From Alphaproteobacteria bacterium (GTDB lineage: Bacteria > Pseudomonadota > Alphaproteobacteria > JAPOUT01 > G958296285), in contig CBDBFH010000028.1 of the NCBI GenBank assembly GCA_965204775.1, positions 25,555 through 89,554 of the forward strand: a stretch of DNA of 64,000 nt, in the 5' to 3' direction. This document shows, piece after piece, positions 29,827-38,605 of the stretch (within the stretch, counting starts at the first letter, position 1; each line of letters begins with the position of its first letter). The translations under genes and the position numbers were made by a program. A model generated the notes under the pieces. The model saw nothing but the letters and a program-made list of their open reading frames with translations. It had not been told where the DNA came from and did not search any database.

Positions 29827-31707
29827 TTATTGCGCCCGCTTGTCGGTGACGATGACCGCCGGATCGTGCGGCGTGGCGTAGAGGCGGGCAACGATTTTGG
29901 CGCGCGCGGTCAGCGCCGCCGACTGGTTGATATAGCCCTTGTCGGTGATCTCGCCGGCGTCCATGCTGGGGGGGGTGCGCAAAACCAGGGCGCGCCCGAT
30001 CCGGGTGCTGGAGCCGGGATTTTTTGCGTTGTAAGCCTCGAAGCGGGTGCGCAGGGCGTCGAGCAGTTTGCGCTCGGCGAGCAGATCGGGATCGTTGCCG
30101 CCGTTGAGCGGCCCACAGACTTTTTCGCACGATTCGAGATCGGGGAAGCCCAGGACGCCGATGTAATTGCGGTCCAGTCCGGCGATCACGGCATCGCGCA
30201 GGAGGCCCCGGGCGGCGTCGATGACGGCGATGCGCAGTTTGCCGGCATTGACCCAGACGCCGGTTGCGAGTTTGAAGTCTTCGGCCACGCGCCCGTCGAA
30301 GATCAGGCCCTTTTCGGGGTCGTCCGGATCGGCGAAGCGCGCGCCGTCGCCCAGTTTATAGAATCCTTCGTCGTCGAAGGCGGCGGCGGTTTTTTCCGCA
30401 TCGCGGTAATAGCCGGGGGTAATGCAGGCGCCGCGGGCGCGCACCTCCATCTTTGATCCGACCGGCGAGAGTTTGATTTCGACTCCGGGAAGCGGCAGGC
30501 CCAGCAGGCCCATTTGATCGGTCGGCCATTGGACGCTCATGATGGTCGGCGCGGTTTCGGTTGCGCCGTAGCCGGAGAGGAACAGGATTCGCTCGCCGCA
30601 GGCCTTGACTGCGATGTTTTGCATGCGCTCGGCCATCTCGCGGCCCATGGCCGCGCCGCCATAGGCGAGGTTGCGCAGGCGGGAGAAGAATGTTTTCGCC
30701 AGATCGGGCTCGGCCTCGAAGGCGTCGGCCAGCATGCCGTAGGCGATGGGCACGTTGGAATAGACGGTCGGGGCGACGTCGCGCAGGGCGGCGATGGTTT
30801 CGTCGAACCGGCCCGGCAGAGGCCGCCCGCGGTCCAGATAGAGAGTCGATCCCCTGACCAGCGCGGTGTTGAGGATGGCGCTGCCGCCAAAAACGTGATT
30901 CCAGGGCAGCCAGCTGAGCAGGACATGGTGGTCGAAGCCGGGCGGATCGACGGTTAGCTTTGCACCCATCACCGAATTGATGCAGATCATGCCGTGGGTG
31001 GTGATGACCGCTTTGGGCATGGCGGTCGAGCCGGAGGTAAAGAGGTATTTGGCGACCGTGTCCCAATTGAGGCCGGCTTCGCGCGCGGCGGACTCCGGGC
31101 CGGGGGTTGCGCGCAGGAGATCGTCATAGCCGATGGCGCCGGGCGGCGGATTGACCCGCGCGATCATCTTGACATTTTTGAAGCCGGGCCGTCCGGCGAG
31201 GGCGTCGAGGGCGCGGGCGTAGGGCTTGGCGTCTTCGACGAAGATCATCTGCGGGCGGATGAGATCGAAGGCATGGATCAGTTTGGCGAAGTCGGCGCTC
31301 ATCAGGCTCCAGGCTTCGGAGACCGGGGCGATGGCGGCGCCGGCGAGGTTGGCGGCGTAATGGATGACGGCGTGGGGGATGGAGTTTCCGGACAGGATCA
31401 TCAGCCGGTCGCCTGCCTTGAGGCCCAGTTCAATCAGCCCGGCGGCGGCGGCGGCGATCTGCTTTTCGGCCTGGGCATAAGTCAAGGTTGTCCAGACGCC
31501 GGGCCGGGCGGGGCCGGGGGGGCGCTCGGCGAGGCAGACGCGGTCGCCGAATTCCCCGGCGTTTTTGCGCAAAGGGGCGATCAGGTTTGGCGGCGGGTCG
31601 CCCATCGGGTTGAGGTTGCGCAGGAGGATTTCGCCGTTGGCGCGCCGTTCGGCATCGAGGCGGATGGGCAGAAAATCAACTTTGCGGAATGGCGGCAGCG
31701 CGGTCAT
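29827..31707 (-). CDS. AMP-dependent acyl-CoA synthetase, feruloyl-CoA synthase (Fcs)-like
   Basis: 626 aa; AMP-binding motif FTSGSTAMPKAV, long Fcs-type architecture. Confidence 0.8.
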   Translation of the reverse strand: MTALPPFRKVDFLPIRLDAERRANGEILLRNLNPMGDPPPNLIAPLRKNAGEFGDRVCLAERPPGPARPGVWTTLTYAQAEKQIAAAAAGLIELGLKAGDRLMILSGNSIPHAVIHYAANLAGAAIAPVSEAWSLMSADFAKLIHAFDLIRPQMIFVEDAKPYARALDALAGRPGFKNVKMIARVNPPPGAIGYDDLLRATPGPESAAREAGLNWDTVAKYLFTSGSTAMPKAVITTHGMICINSVMGAKLTVDPPGFDHHVLLSWLPWNHVFGGSAILNTALVRGSTLYLDRGRPLPGRFDETIAALRDVAPTVYSNVPIAYGMLADAFEAEPDLAKTFFSRLRNLAYGGAAMGREMAERMQNIAVKACGERILFLSGYGATETAPTIMSVQWPTDQMGLLGLPLPGVEIKLSPVGSKMEVRARGACITPGYYRDAEKTAAAFDDEGFYKLGDGARFADPDDPEKGLIFDGRVAEDFKLATGVWVNAGKLRIAVIDAARGLLRDAVIAGLDRNYIGVLGFPDLESCEKVCGPLNGGNDPDLLAERKLLDALRTRFEAYNAKNPGSSTRIGRALVLRTPPSMDAGEITDKGYINQSAALTARAKIVARLYATPHDPAVIVTDKRAQ

Positions 31708-32849
31708 GCTTTCTCCCCTCCCCGGTTTCGCGGCGGCGCAAAAATTTCGGCACCCTCGCCGGGCAGCGTCTCAATATAAAGCGACCGGCTGGGGAAGGCG
31801 AAGCCGGATCCGGCCTGTTCGACGATCTGCTTGATCGCATAGGCCAATTCCTCCTTGATGGCCAGCCATTCGCCCCAGCGGGTTGTTTTCGTGAAGCAGT
31901 AGAGCATGAGGGTGATGGCCGAGTCGGAGAATTCCTCGACTCGCACGAACAGCGACTGCGACAGGTCGAAGGCGTCATTGCCGCGGATATAGGCCTCGAT
32001 TTTATCACGGATTTCGCGCAGTTGCGGCACGGTGGTGCGATATTCGACGCCGATCTGCCAATAGATGCGGCGATGGCTCATGGCGGAGAAGTTGGTCACG
32101 GCGTTGTCGGAAAAGACGGTGTTGGGGACGGTGACCGGCGCGCTGTCGAAGCGGTTGATCCGGGTTGAGCGGAAGCCGATTTCGGCGACGGTGCCTTCGA
32201 CGACGCCCTCGACCTTGATCCAGTCGCCCTTGTGAAAGCGGCGCTCGAGCAGAATGGAAAGGCCGGCGAGCAGGTTTTTGAACAGGTCCTGCGCGCCCAG
32301 GGCGACGGCGAGTCCGAACAGGCCGAGGCCGGCGATCAGGGGGCCGACTTCGATTCCCCAGATTTGGAGGACGGCGGCGGCGCCCAGAATGATGACGGCC
32401 CAGCGCAGGGCGCGGGTTGCCCAGGAGATGATTTCGTCGGAGAGGATTCGGGCGAGGCGCTCCATGCCCTGCGCGGCGAGGTCGGCGGCGTTGTGGAGCG
32501 CCCAGAAGAGCACGACGACGACCAGCGAGCGCAGGCTTTGTTCGGCGAGGCGGTCTGGGGTTCCCTCCAGTTGCAGATATTCGGCGGCGAAGAAGAGGCC
32601 GGCGACGATGAAGAAGAAGCGGGCCGGGGGCAGGAGGGCTTCGACCAAATAGTCGTCGATTTTGGTCCGGGTTCGGCGGGCGAAGCGGGCGGCGACATTG
32701 AAGAGGAAGCGCGAGGCCAGCCCGCGCAGGAAGAAGAAGACGAAGAAGATCGCCAGCGCGATCAGCACCTGGCTCAGATCGAGGCCGAAAATGCTTGTCC
32801 GCCAGACATCGGCGACGAGCGCGGCGAAATTGACGAGGCTTTCAGGCAT
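31704..32849 (-). CDS. mechanosensitive ion channel (MscS family)
   Basis: TM helices followed by MscS beta-domain (GDWIKVEGVVEGTVAEIGFRSTRI); 4-nt overlap with downstream ligase gene. Confidence 0.85.
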   Translation of the reverse strand: MPESLVNFAALVADVWRTSIFGLDLSQVLIALAIFFVFFFLRGLASRFLFNVAARFARRTRTKIDDYLVEALLPPARFFFIVAGLFFAAEYLQLEGTPDRLAEQSLRSLVVVVLFWALHNAADLAAQGMERLARILSDEIISWATRALRWAVIILGAAAVLQIWGIEVGPLIAGLGLFGLAVALGAQDLFKNLLAGLSILLERRFHKGDWIKVEGVVEGTVAEIGFRSTRINRFDSAPVTVPNTVFSDNAVTNFSAMSHRRIYWQIGVEYRTTVPQLREIRDKIEAYIRGNDAFDLSQSLFVRVEEFSDSAITLMLYCFTKTTRWGEWLAIKEELAYAIKQIVEQAGSGFAFPSRSLYIETLPGEGAEIFAPPRNRGGEKA

Positions 32850-32881
32850 GAAAGATTCCGGCGGAGGGCGGAGGCTGGGGG

Positions 32882-33880
32882 TCAGGCGTTTACGTCGACG
32901 ACGACGCGCCCGCGCACGGCTCCGGCGAGGATTTGCCGGGCGAGGCCGGGCAGGTCCTCCAGGCGGTAGTTTTGCGCCGCCGCCGCTTCGAGCCGGGCGG
33001 GGTCGAGATCGCGGGCCAGCCGCGCCCAGGCTTTCTGGCGCAGGCTTTGCGGCGCCATCACCGAGTCGATTCCGGCGAGGGTCACCCCGCGCAGGATGAA
33101 GGGGAGCACGCTGCCCGGCAAATCCATGCCCTGGGCCAGGCCGCAGGCGGCGACGCAGCCGCCATAGGCGGTCTGGGCGAGGACATTGGCGAGCGTATGG
33201 CTGCCGACGGCGTCGACCGCCCCGGCGAAGCGCTCCGAGGCGAGCGGCCTGCCGGCCGCGGTGAATTCGGCCCGGTCGATGATTTCACTTGCGCCCAGCG
33301 TTTTCAGGTAGGGAGCCTCGCCGGGCCTTCCGGTGGCGGCGGCGGTGCGGTAGCCGAGCCGGGCGAGGAGGGCGAGCGCGATGGAGCCGACGCCGCCCGC
33401 CGCGCCGGTCACCAGCACCGGCCTGTCCTGCGAGGCCGCCGGATTGAGGCCGTGGCGCTCCAGCGCCATGACGCAGAGCATGGCGGTGTAGCCGGCGGTT
33501 CCGATCATCATCGCCTGTTTGAGCGAGAAGGCTTCGGGCAGTTTTGTCGGCCATGCCTTGTCGACTCTGGCCCTTTGGGCGTAGCCGCCATGATGGGCCT
33601 CGCCCAGACCGAAGCCGTTGACGACGACTTTGTCGCCGGGGGCGAATTGCGAGCCGCCCGGCTCAAGGACCGTCCCGGCCAGATCGATTCCGGGGATCAT
33701 CGGCAGGCGGCGCAGGATCGGGGCCGCGCCGGTCAGGGCGAGGCCGTCCTTGTAGTTGAGGGTCGAGAAGGCGACCTCGATCAGAACCTCGCCCTCCAGC
33801 ATTTCGCCGTCGGCGACCTGCCGGATTTCGGCCTTTTGCCCGTCGGCGTCTTTGGAGACGACCAGCGCCCTGAAACTCAC
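32882..33880 (-). CDS. acuI: acrylyl-CoA reductase AcuI / YhdH-type MDR oxidoreductase
   Basis: YhdH/AcuI family sequence (LNYKDGLALTG, VLVTGAAGGVGS Rossmann). Confidence 0.8.
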   Translation of the reverse strand: MSFRALVVSKDADGQKAEIRQVADGEMLEGEVLIEVAFSTLNYKDGLALTGAAPILRRLPMIPGIDLAGTVLEPGGSQFAPGDKVVVNGFGLGEAHHGGYAQRARVDKAWPTKLPEAFSLKQAMMIGTAGYTAMLCVMALERHGLNPAASQDRPVLVTGAAGGVGSIALALLARLGYRTAAATGRPGEAPYLKTLGASEIIDRAEFTAAGRPLASERFAGAVDAVGSHTLANVLAQTAYGGCVAACGLAQGMDLPGSVLPFILRGVTLAGIDSVMAPQSLRQKAWARLARDLDPARLEAAAAQNYRLEDLPGLARQILAGAVRGRVVVDVNA

Positions 33881-33953
33881 CGCACACCCCTCCCCTTTCG
33901 TCAGAGAGGAGAGTCATAGCGCGCCGGAGGCCCCGGCGACAAGATGCGGCGAA

Positions 33954-34763
33954 TCAGAGGGCCTGCGCGTCTTTCAGCCCGTCATATTTTTGGGCCAGCC
34001 AGTTGAGTTCGCTCAAACTCGCGCCCGGCTGCCTGACCTGCCTCAATTGGCTCCGGTCGAGCATGCCCTCCCGATTGAGCATGACCAGCATCGCCGCCTT
34101 GTGGAAGGCCGGGGTGAACTCGCCGGCGGCGTTTTTGCAGGGGCTGCGGGATTCGCCGGTCGGATTGGGGGTGTGCCCTCTGGCGAGTTCCGGGGCTTCG
34201 GCGAGGCGGGCCATAAATTTCTCATAGCGGGTTTTGTAGCCCCGCAGCCGCTCGACCGAATCCCCGGAGCCGGCCTCAATCAGAATCCGGGCGGCGGAGC
34301 CGGGGGGCGGATTGCGCGCGGCGAAGGCCATTTTGCCGCGCGCCTGCGGGCCGACGAGGTCGTCGAAATGTTTGGAGGCCAGATTTCTGGCCGGGTGGCC
34401 GTGTCCGGCGACATGATCATATTGCTGGATGGTCTCGGCGATATGGCTGGCGAGCAATTTGGCGTTGCGCGGCTGGCCGGCGAGGCGGTCGTGGCGGGCA
34501 TGGAGATAGTCGCGCACGCCCGGCACATTGAGGTCGCGCTGGATTCGGCTGGCGAGGTGGTTGAGGAGCTGCATGTTGCGGGCGCGGACGTGTCCGGGGA
34601 AGAAGCGCTGCTTGAGTCGGAGGACTTGGCGTCCGAGCCAGCCGCGCCCCTCGACGGCGAGCTGTCCGTTGCGGTCGACATGGAGCGCGCCGCCGACTCG
34701 GGCGGCCTCGCGGGCGGCGGCGTAGGAGTTCTGGAGGAAGCTGTGCTGGACAGGTAACGGCAT
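33954..34763 (-). CDS. hypothetical protein (no recognisable domain; basic, His/Arg-rich)
   Basis: Long ORF with high third-position GC typical of genuine coding in this genome; the opposite-strand ORF is Gly/Ala/Glu-rich shadow-like; start set at MPLPVQHSF (ORF extends to 34847). Confidence 0.5.
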   Translation of the reverse strand: MPLPVQHSFLQNSYAAAREAARVGGALHVDRNGQLAVEGRGWLGRQVLRLKQRFFPGHVRARNMQLLNHLASRIQRDLNVPGVRDYLHARHDRLAGQPRNAKLLASHIAETIQQYDHVAGHGHPARNLASKHFDDLVGPQARGKMAFAARNPPPGSAARILIEAGSGDSVERLRGYKTRYEKFMARLAEAPELARGHTPNPTGESRSPCKNAAGEFTPAFHKAAMLVMLNREGMLDRSQLRQVRQPGASLSELNWLAQKYDGLKDAQAL

Positions 34764-34915
34764 GGAGCATGCCTGCAGACCGGTGTGCCCCCCGTAATCG
34801 TGATGATACAGGCCGGGCGCGCGAAAATGGCGCGTGGGGGCGATCACATTCGATCATCGCCGGATCACGAATGCCGGAGTTTGGCCGGTGCCGGGCCGGT
34901 CCGTTGAGGGCGGGG

Positions 34916-36328
34916 TCAGGCGAAGCGGATAGGGCGGCCTGCGGCCTGGGGGGCGATTTCGCCCTGCCACATGACGGTCTGGCCGCGAATGATGGTGGCG
35001 GCGGGCCAGCCCTGCACTTCTGTGCCGTGGAAAGGCGTCCAGCCGCACAGGCTTTCGATCCAGCCGTCTTCGATTCGGCGGCGGGCTTTGAGGTCGACGA
35101 TGGTGAAGTCGGCGTCGAAGCCGGGGGCGATGCGCCCCTTTCCGGCGATGGCGAAGAGGCGGGCGGGGTTGGCGCTGGTCAGTTGGCACAGGCGGGCGAG
35201 CGAGAGTCTGCCGCGGTTTACGTGATCGAGCATGAGGGGGACGAGGGTCTGCACGCCCGGCATTCCGGCGGGGGAGTTGGGATAGGGGCGGGCCTTGGCG
35301 GCGAGGCTGTGGGGGGCGTGATCGGAGCCGATGACATCGACGATTCCGCTGCGGATGGCGGCCCACAGGGCGCGGCGGTGGCGGGGGCCGCGAATCGGGG
35401 GGTTCATCTGGGCGCGGGTTCCGAGGCGCTGATAGCAGGCGGGGGCGGCGAGGGTGAGGTGTTGCGGGGTCGCCTCGACGCTGGCGAAGGCTTTGGCGCG
35501 GGCGAGGAGGGCGAGTTCCCCGGCGGTCGAGACATGGAGGACATGGATTTTGCGCCCGGCCCGGCGGGCGAGGTGCAGGAGGCGGCGGGTTGCGCGGGCC
35601 GCGCTGGCGGCGTCGCGCCAGCGGGGATGGGTTTCGGGCCGGCCCGGCTGTGCGTAGGCGCGCCGGGCCTGAAGGCGGGCCTCGTCTTCGGCATGGAAGG
35701 CGGCGCGGCGGGAGAGGGCGGCCAGAATGCGGGCGATCTGCGGGTCTTCGGCGGCGAGCAGGGTTCCGGTGGACGAGCCCATGAAGACCTTGATCCCGCA
35801 GCAGCCGGGCATTTGCTCCAGTTGGGCGAGGTTGTCGGCATTATCTTCGATCCCCCCGGCATAGAAGGCGAAGTCGCAGAACATGCGGGTCTGGGCGCGG
35901 CGCAGTTTGTCTTTGAGGGCGGCGGGGGTTGTGGTGGGAGGATTGGTGTTCGGCATTTCGAAGACGCCGGTGACCCCGCCCATCACGGCGGCGCGGCTGC
36001 CGGTTTCAAGGTTTTCGGCCTGTTCGGCCTCCGGCGCGCCCGGCTCGCGGAAATGGACCTGGGTGTCGAGGACGCCGGGCAGAATATGCAGGCCGCGCAG
36101 ATCGAGCACCCGCGCCGCGCCGCTTCCGGCGGGGGGGCCGATCTGGACGATGCGGCCCTGGCGCACGCCGATATCGGCTTCGGCCTCGCCGTCCGGCCCG
36201 GCGATGACGCCGCCGCGCAACAAAAGATCGAATCCGGCCACCCCTTGCGAACGCCCCCTGCCCTCTTCACGCGCTGTCTGGCGCGCTTTTTTGCCGGGCC
36301 GTTTTCCGGCCCTGTCGATTTTTATCAT
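34916..36328 (-). CDS. dihydroorotase-like amidohydrolase (class I DHOase family; first His of HxH motif replaced by Gln)
   Basis: DTQVHFREPG, GIKVFMG (carboxylated Lys), FHAED, LHVSTAGE, GSDHAPH motifs; likely real start is the GTG at about 36241 (VAGFDLLLRGG), which gives a sensible divergent intergenic with ygfZ. Confidence 0.75.
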   Translation of the reverse strand: MIKIDRAGKRPGKKARQTAREEGRGRSQGVAGFDLLLRGGVIAGPDGEAEADIGVRQGRIVQIGPPAGSGAARVLDLRGLHILPGVLDTQVHFREPGAPEAEQAENLETGSRAAVMGGVTGVFEMPNTNPPTTTPAALKDKLRRAQTRMFCDFAFYAGGIEDNADNLAQLEQMPGCCGIKVFMGSSTGTLLAAEDPQIARILAALSRRAAFHAEDEARLQARRAYAQPGRPETHPRWRDAASAARATRRLLHLARRAGRKIHVLHVSTAGELALLARAKAFASVEATPQHLTLAAPACYQRLGTRAQMNPPIRGPRHRRALWAAIRSGIVDVIGSDHAPHSLAAKARPYPNSPAGMPGVQTLVPLMLDHVNRGRLSLARLCQLTSANPARLFAIAGKGRIAPGFDADFTIVDLKARRRIEDGWIESLCGWTPFHGTEVQGWPAATIIRGQTVMWQGEIAPQAAGRPIRFA

Positions 36329-36348
36329 TTATTTTGTATGTTTGTTAG

Positions 36349-37326
36349 ATGGCGCAGCTGGATCAAACGCCGGAACTCTTCCCGCTTGCCGGGCGCGCTT
36401 TGCTGCGGGTGTCGGGAGCCGATGCCGCCGGGTTTTTACAGGACCTGATCACCAACGACATCACCCGGGCCGGGGAGCAACGGGCGATCTATGCCGGATT
36501 GCTGACGCCACAGGGGAAATTGCTCTTTGAGTTTCTGGTTTTTGCCAATCATCTGGATGGCCGGGGCGGCTTTGTGCTGGATGTGGCTTCGGCGCATCTG
36601 GCGGCGCTGGTAGAAAAACTCACTCTCTACAGGCTGCGGGCGGCGGTGGAATTCGAGGATTTGTCCCGCGACTGGCAGGTCTGGGCCTGCCGGGATCCGG
36701 GCGCGGGACGCGCGCGGGGAGAGGGCTTTTTCCCCGACCCGCGCGCGGCGGCGCTGGGGGCGCGGCGGATCAAGGCACGCAGGGCGGCGGCGCGCAGTGT
36801 CTCAACGCGTGGCGTCTCGACGCATGGAGCGGCGGCGCAGGCGCAGGCCTGGCGCCGCCATACGCTGTCGCTGGGAGTCCCGGAGGCGGAAGACCTTCCC
36901 CCCGGCGAGCTGTTTGCGCTTGACTGCAATTTCGATTTGCTGAACGGGCTTGATTTCGCCAAGGGCTGCTATGTGGGACAGGAAGTGACCTCGCGGATGA
37001 AGCGGCGCGGGGTTTTGCGCAAGAGGCTGGTGGTGATTGAGGGGCGCGGCGCCCTGCCAGGGCGAGGCGCCCTACCGGGGCGGGGCGCCCTGCCGGGGCG
37101 GGGCGCCCTGCCTGAGCCGGGAACGGCGATCACGCTGAACGGCGCGCCGGTTGGGGTGGTGCGGGGGCGTTGCGGGAGTCTGGGGCTGGCGGTTGTGCGG
37201 CTTGACCGTCTGGCGCAGGCCGATGAGGGGGCGGGGGCGGCGGGGCTGGAGAGCGCAGGCGTGGCTCTTGATCTGCGCGCACCGCAGATGGCGGATTTCG
37301 TTCTGCCCGGGGAGGCGGGGTCTTGA
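36349..37326 (+). CDS. ygfZ: YgfZ/CAF17 folate-binding Fe-S cluster repair protein (GcvT-like fold)
   Basis: Conserved KGCYVGQE motif and GcvT-like N-terminal region; contains a 4x GRGALP tandem insert. Confidence 0.75.
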   Translation: MAQLDQTPELFPLAGRALLRVSGADAAGFLQDLITNDITRAGEQRAIYAGLLTPQGKLLFEFLVFANHLDGRGGFVLDVASAHLAALVEKLTLYRLRAAVEFEDLSRDWQVWACRDPGAGRARGEGFFPDPRAAALGARRIKARRAAARSVSTRGVSTHGAAAQAQAWRRHTLSLGVPEAEDLPPGELFALDCNFDLLNGLDFAKGCYVGQEVTSRMKRRGVLRKRLVVIEGRGALPGRGALPGRGALPGRGALPEPGTAITLNGAPVGVVRGRCGSLGLAVVRLDRLAQADEGAGAAGLESAGVALDLRAPQMADFVLPGEAGS

Positions 37327-37402
37327 GGAGGATTTTTTTGCGCGGAAGGGTTGGGATCAGTATTCTTTTTTGATTCGCGGGCGGCAGACGAAGGAGACCG
37401 GC

Positions 37403-38053
37403 ATGATGTTCAAGAGAAGCAAGCCTCCGGCTGCCGAGGCCGGGGCGGGGGGATTTTCGCCGCCGAGGAGGCCGGAGCCGTCTGCGCCGGTGGAGCGCAC
37501 CGGCGGTGAGTCGGGGGATGCGCGCCGGGTGCGTCCGGTCTATGAGCGTTTGCAGGCGAGCCGGACGGTGAGCGGGCAGCAGATTGCGCCCCTTTCTGAG
37601 TCGCAGGGTGCGCGGCTTCATGTCGGTCCGGGCCTGAAGATGGAGGGCAAGATTGAGGACTGCGAGTTGCTGATGATCGAGGGGGCGGTCGAGGCGACGG
37701 TGGAGGCGAAGGCGCTGAAGATCGGCAAGAGCGGGTCGTTCAAGGGCAAGGCGCAGAGCGGTTCGGCGGAGATTCACGGGGTTTTCGAGGGGGAGCTGTC
37801 GGTGACGGGCCTGCTGGCGGTGGGGGCGGCGGGTTCGGTGACCGGGACGCTTGTCTATGGCGAGTTGGCGGTTGAGCGGGGGGGCCGGATTGTGGGGACG
37901 ATGACGCTGGATGAGAAGGCCGCCGCCGGGGTCAAGCGCGGGGGCGCGCATACGCTCAAGGCGTTTCGGACGCCGGGCGGGGAGAAAGAGGCGGGCGAGG
38001 ATCAGGCCGCGCCGGGCGGGGCGGGCAAGCGCGAGGCGAAGCCCGCCTCGTGA
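37403..38053 (+). CDS. bactofilin (polymer-forming cytoskeletal protein)
   Basis: Beta-helical bactofilin repeat region (GKIEDCELLMIEGAVEATVEAKALKIGKSGSFKGKAQSGSAEIHGVFEGELSV); start set at MMFKRSK preceded by GAAGGAGA; longest ORF start at 37151 rejected. Confidence 0.75.
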   Translation: MMFKRSKPPAAEAGAGGFSPPRRPEPSAPVERTGGESGDARRVRPVYERLQASRTVSGQQIAPLSESQGARLHVGPGLKMEGKIEDCELLMIEGAVEATVEAKALKIGKSGSFKGKAQSGSAEIHGVFEGELSVTGLLAVGAAGSVTGTLVYGELAVERGGRIVGTMTLDEKAAAGVKRGGAHTLKAFRTPGGEKEAGEDQAAPGGAGKREAKPAS

Positions 38054-38062
38054 GCGGGGCTG

Positions 38063-38605
38063 ATGCCGGATGAGACCCGGAAGGCGAAGATTTACACCGC
38101 GCCCCTGAGCGCGGTTGAAGAGGTAATTGCCCGGCGGGGCGTTACGCATTTGGTGAGTCTGCTGAATCCGTCTGCGATGATTGAGACTCCGGCGGGGATT
38201 GACCGGGCGCATCATTTGCGTCTGGGCTTCAGCGACAGCGCGGTGGAGCAGGAGGGTGCGGCGGGGGCGTCGCATGCCGAGGATTTGGTGTCCTTTGTCC
38301 GGGGGTGGGATGGCCGGGGTTCGCTGTTGATTCATTGTCTGGCGGGTGTGAGCCGCTCGACGGCGGCGGGTTTTATTGCGCTGTGCTGTTTGAACGAGGA
38401 GACGAGCGAGGCGGAGGCGGCGCGGGTTTTGCGGCGGTCGGCGGCGCATGCGAGTCCGAATCGCCTTTTGGTGCGTTTGGGTGACCGGACGCTGGGGCGG
38501 GAGGGGCGGATGGTTCGGGCGATTGAGGCTCTGCCCCCGGCGCAGCCTGTGTGGGAGGGTGTGGTGTCCGAGTTTCCTGCGAGGATTCCGGTCCGGCGGG
38601 GCTGA
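38063..38605 (+). CDS. dual-specificity / tyrosine phosphatase family protein
   Basis: CX5R P-loop HCLAGVSRST; 180 aa; stop overlaps the nrtR start codon (TGATG). Confidence 0.7.
   Translation: MPDETRKAKIYTAPLSAVEEVIARRGVTHLVSLLNPSAMIETPAGIDRAHHLRLGFSDSAVEQEGAAGASHAEDLVSFVRGWDGRGSLLIHCLAGVSRSTAAGFIALCCLNEETSEAEAARVLRRSAAHASPNRLLVRLGDRTLGREGRMVRAIEALPPAQPVWEGVVSEFPARIPVRRG

Noticed and set aside
37151..37402. Upstream extension of the bactofilin ORF overlapping the ygfZ 3' end
   Set aside because: It is Trp/Arg/Gly-rich nonsense. A strong GAAGGAGA RBS precedes the internal MMFKRSK start.
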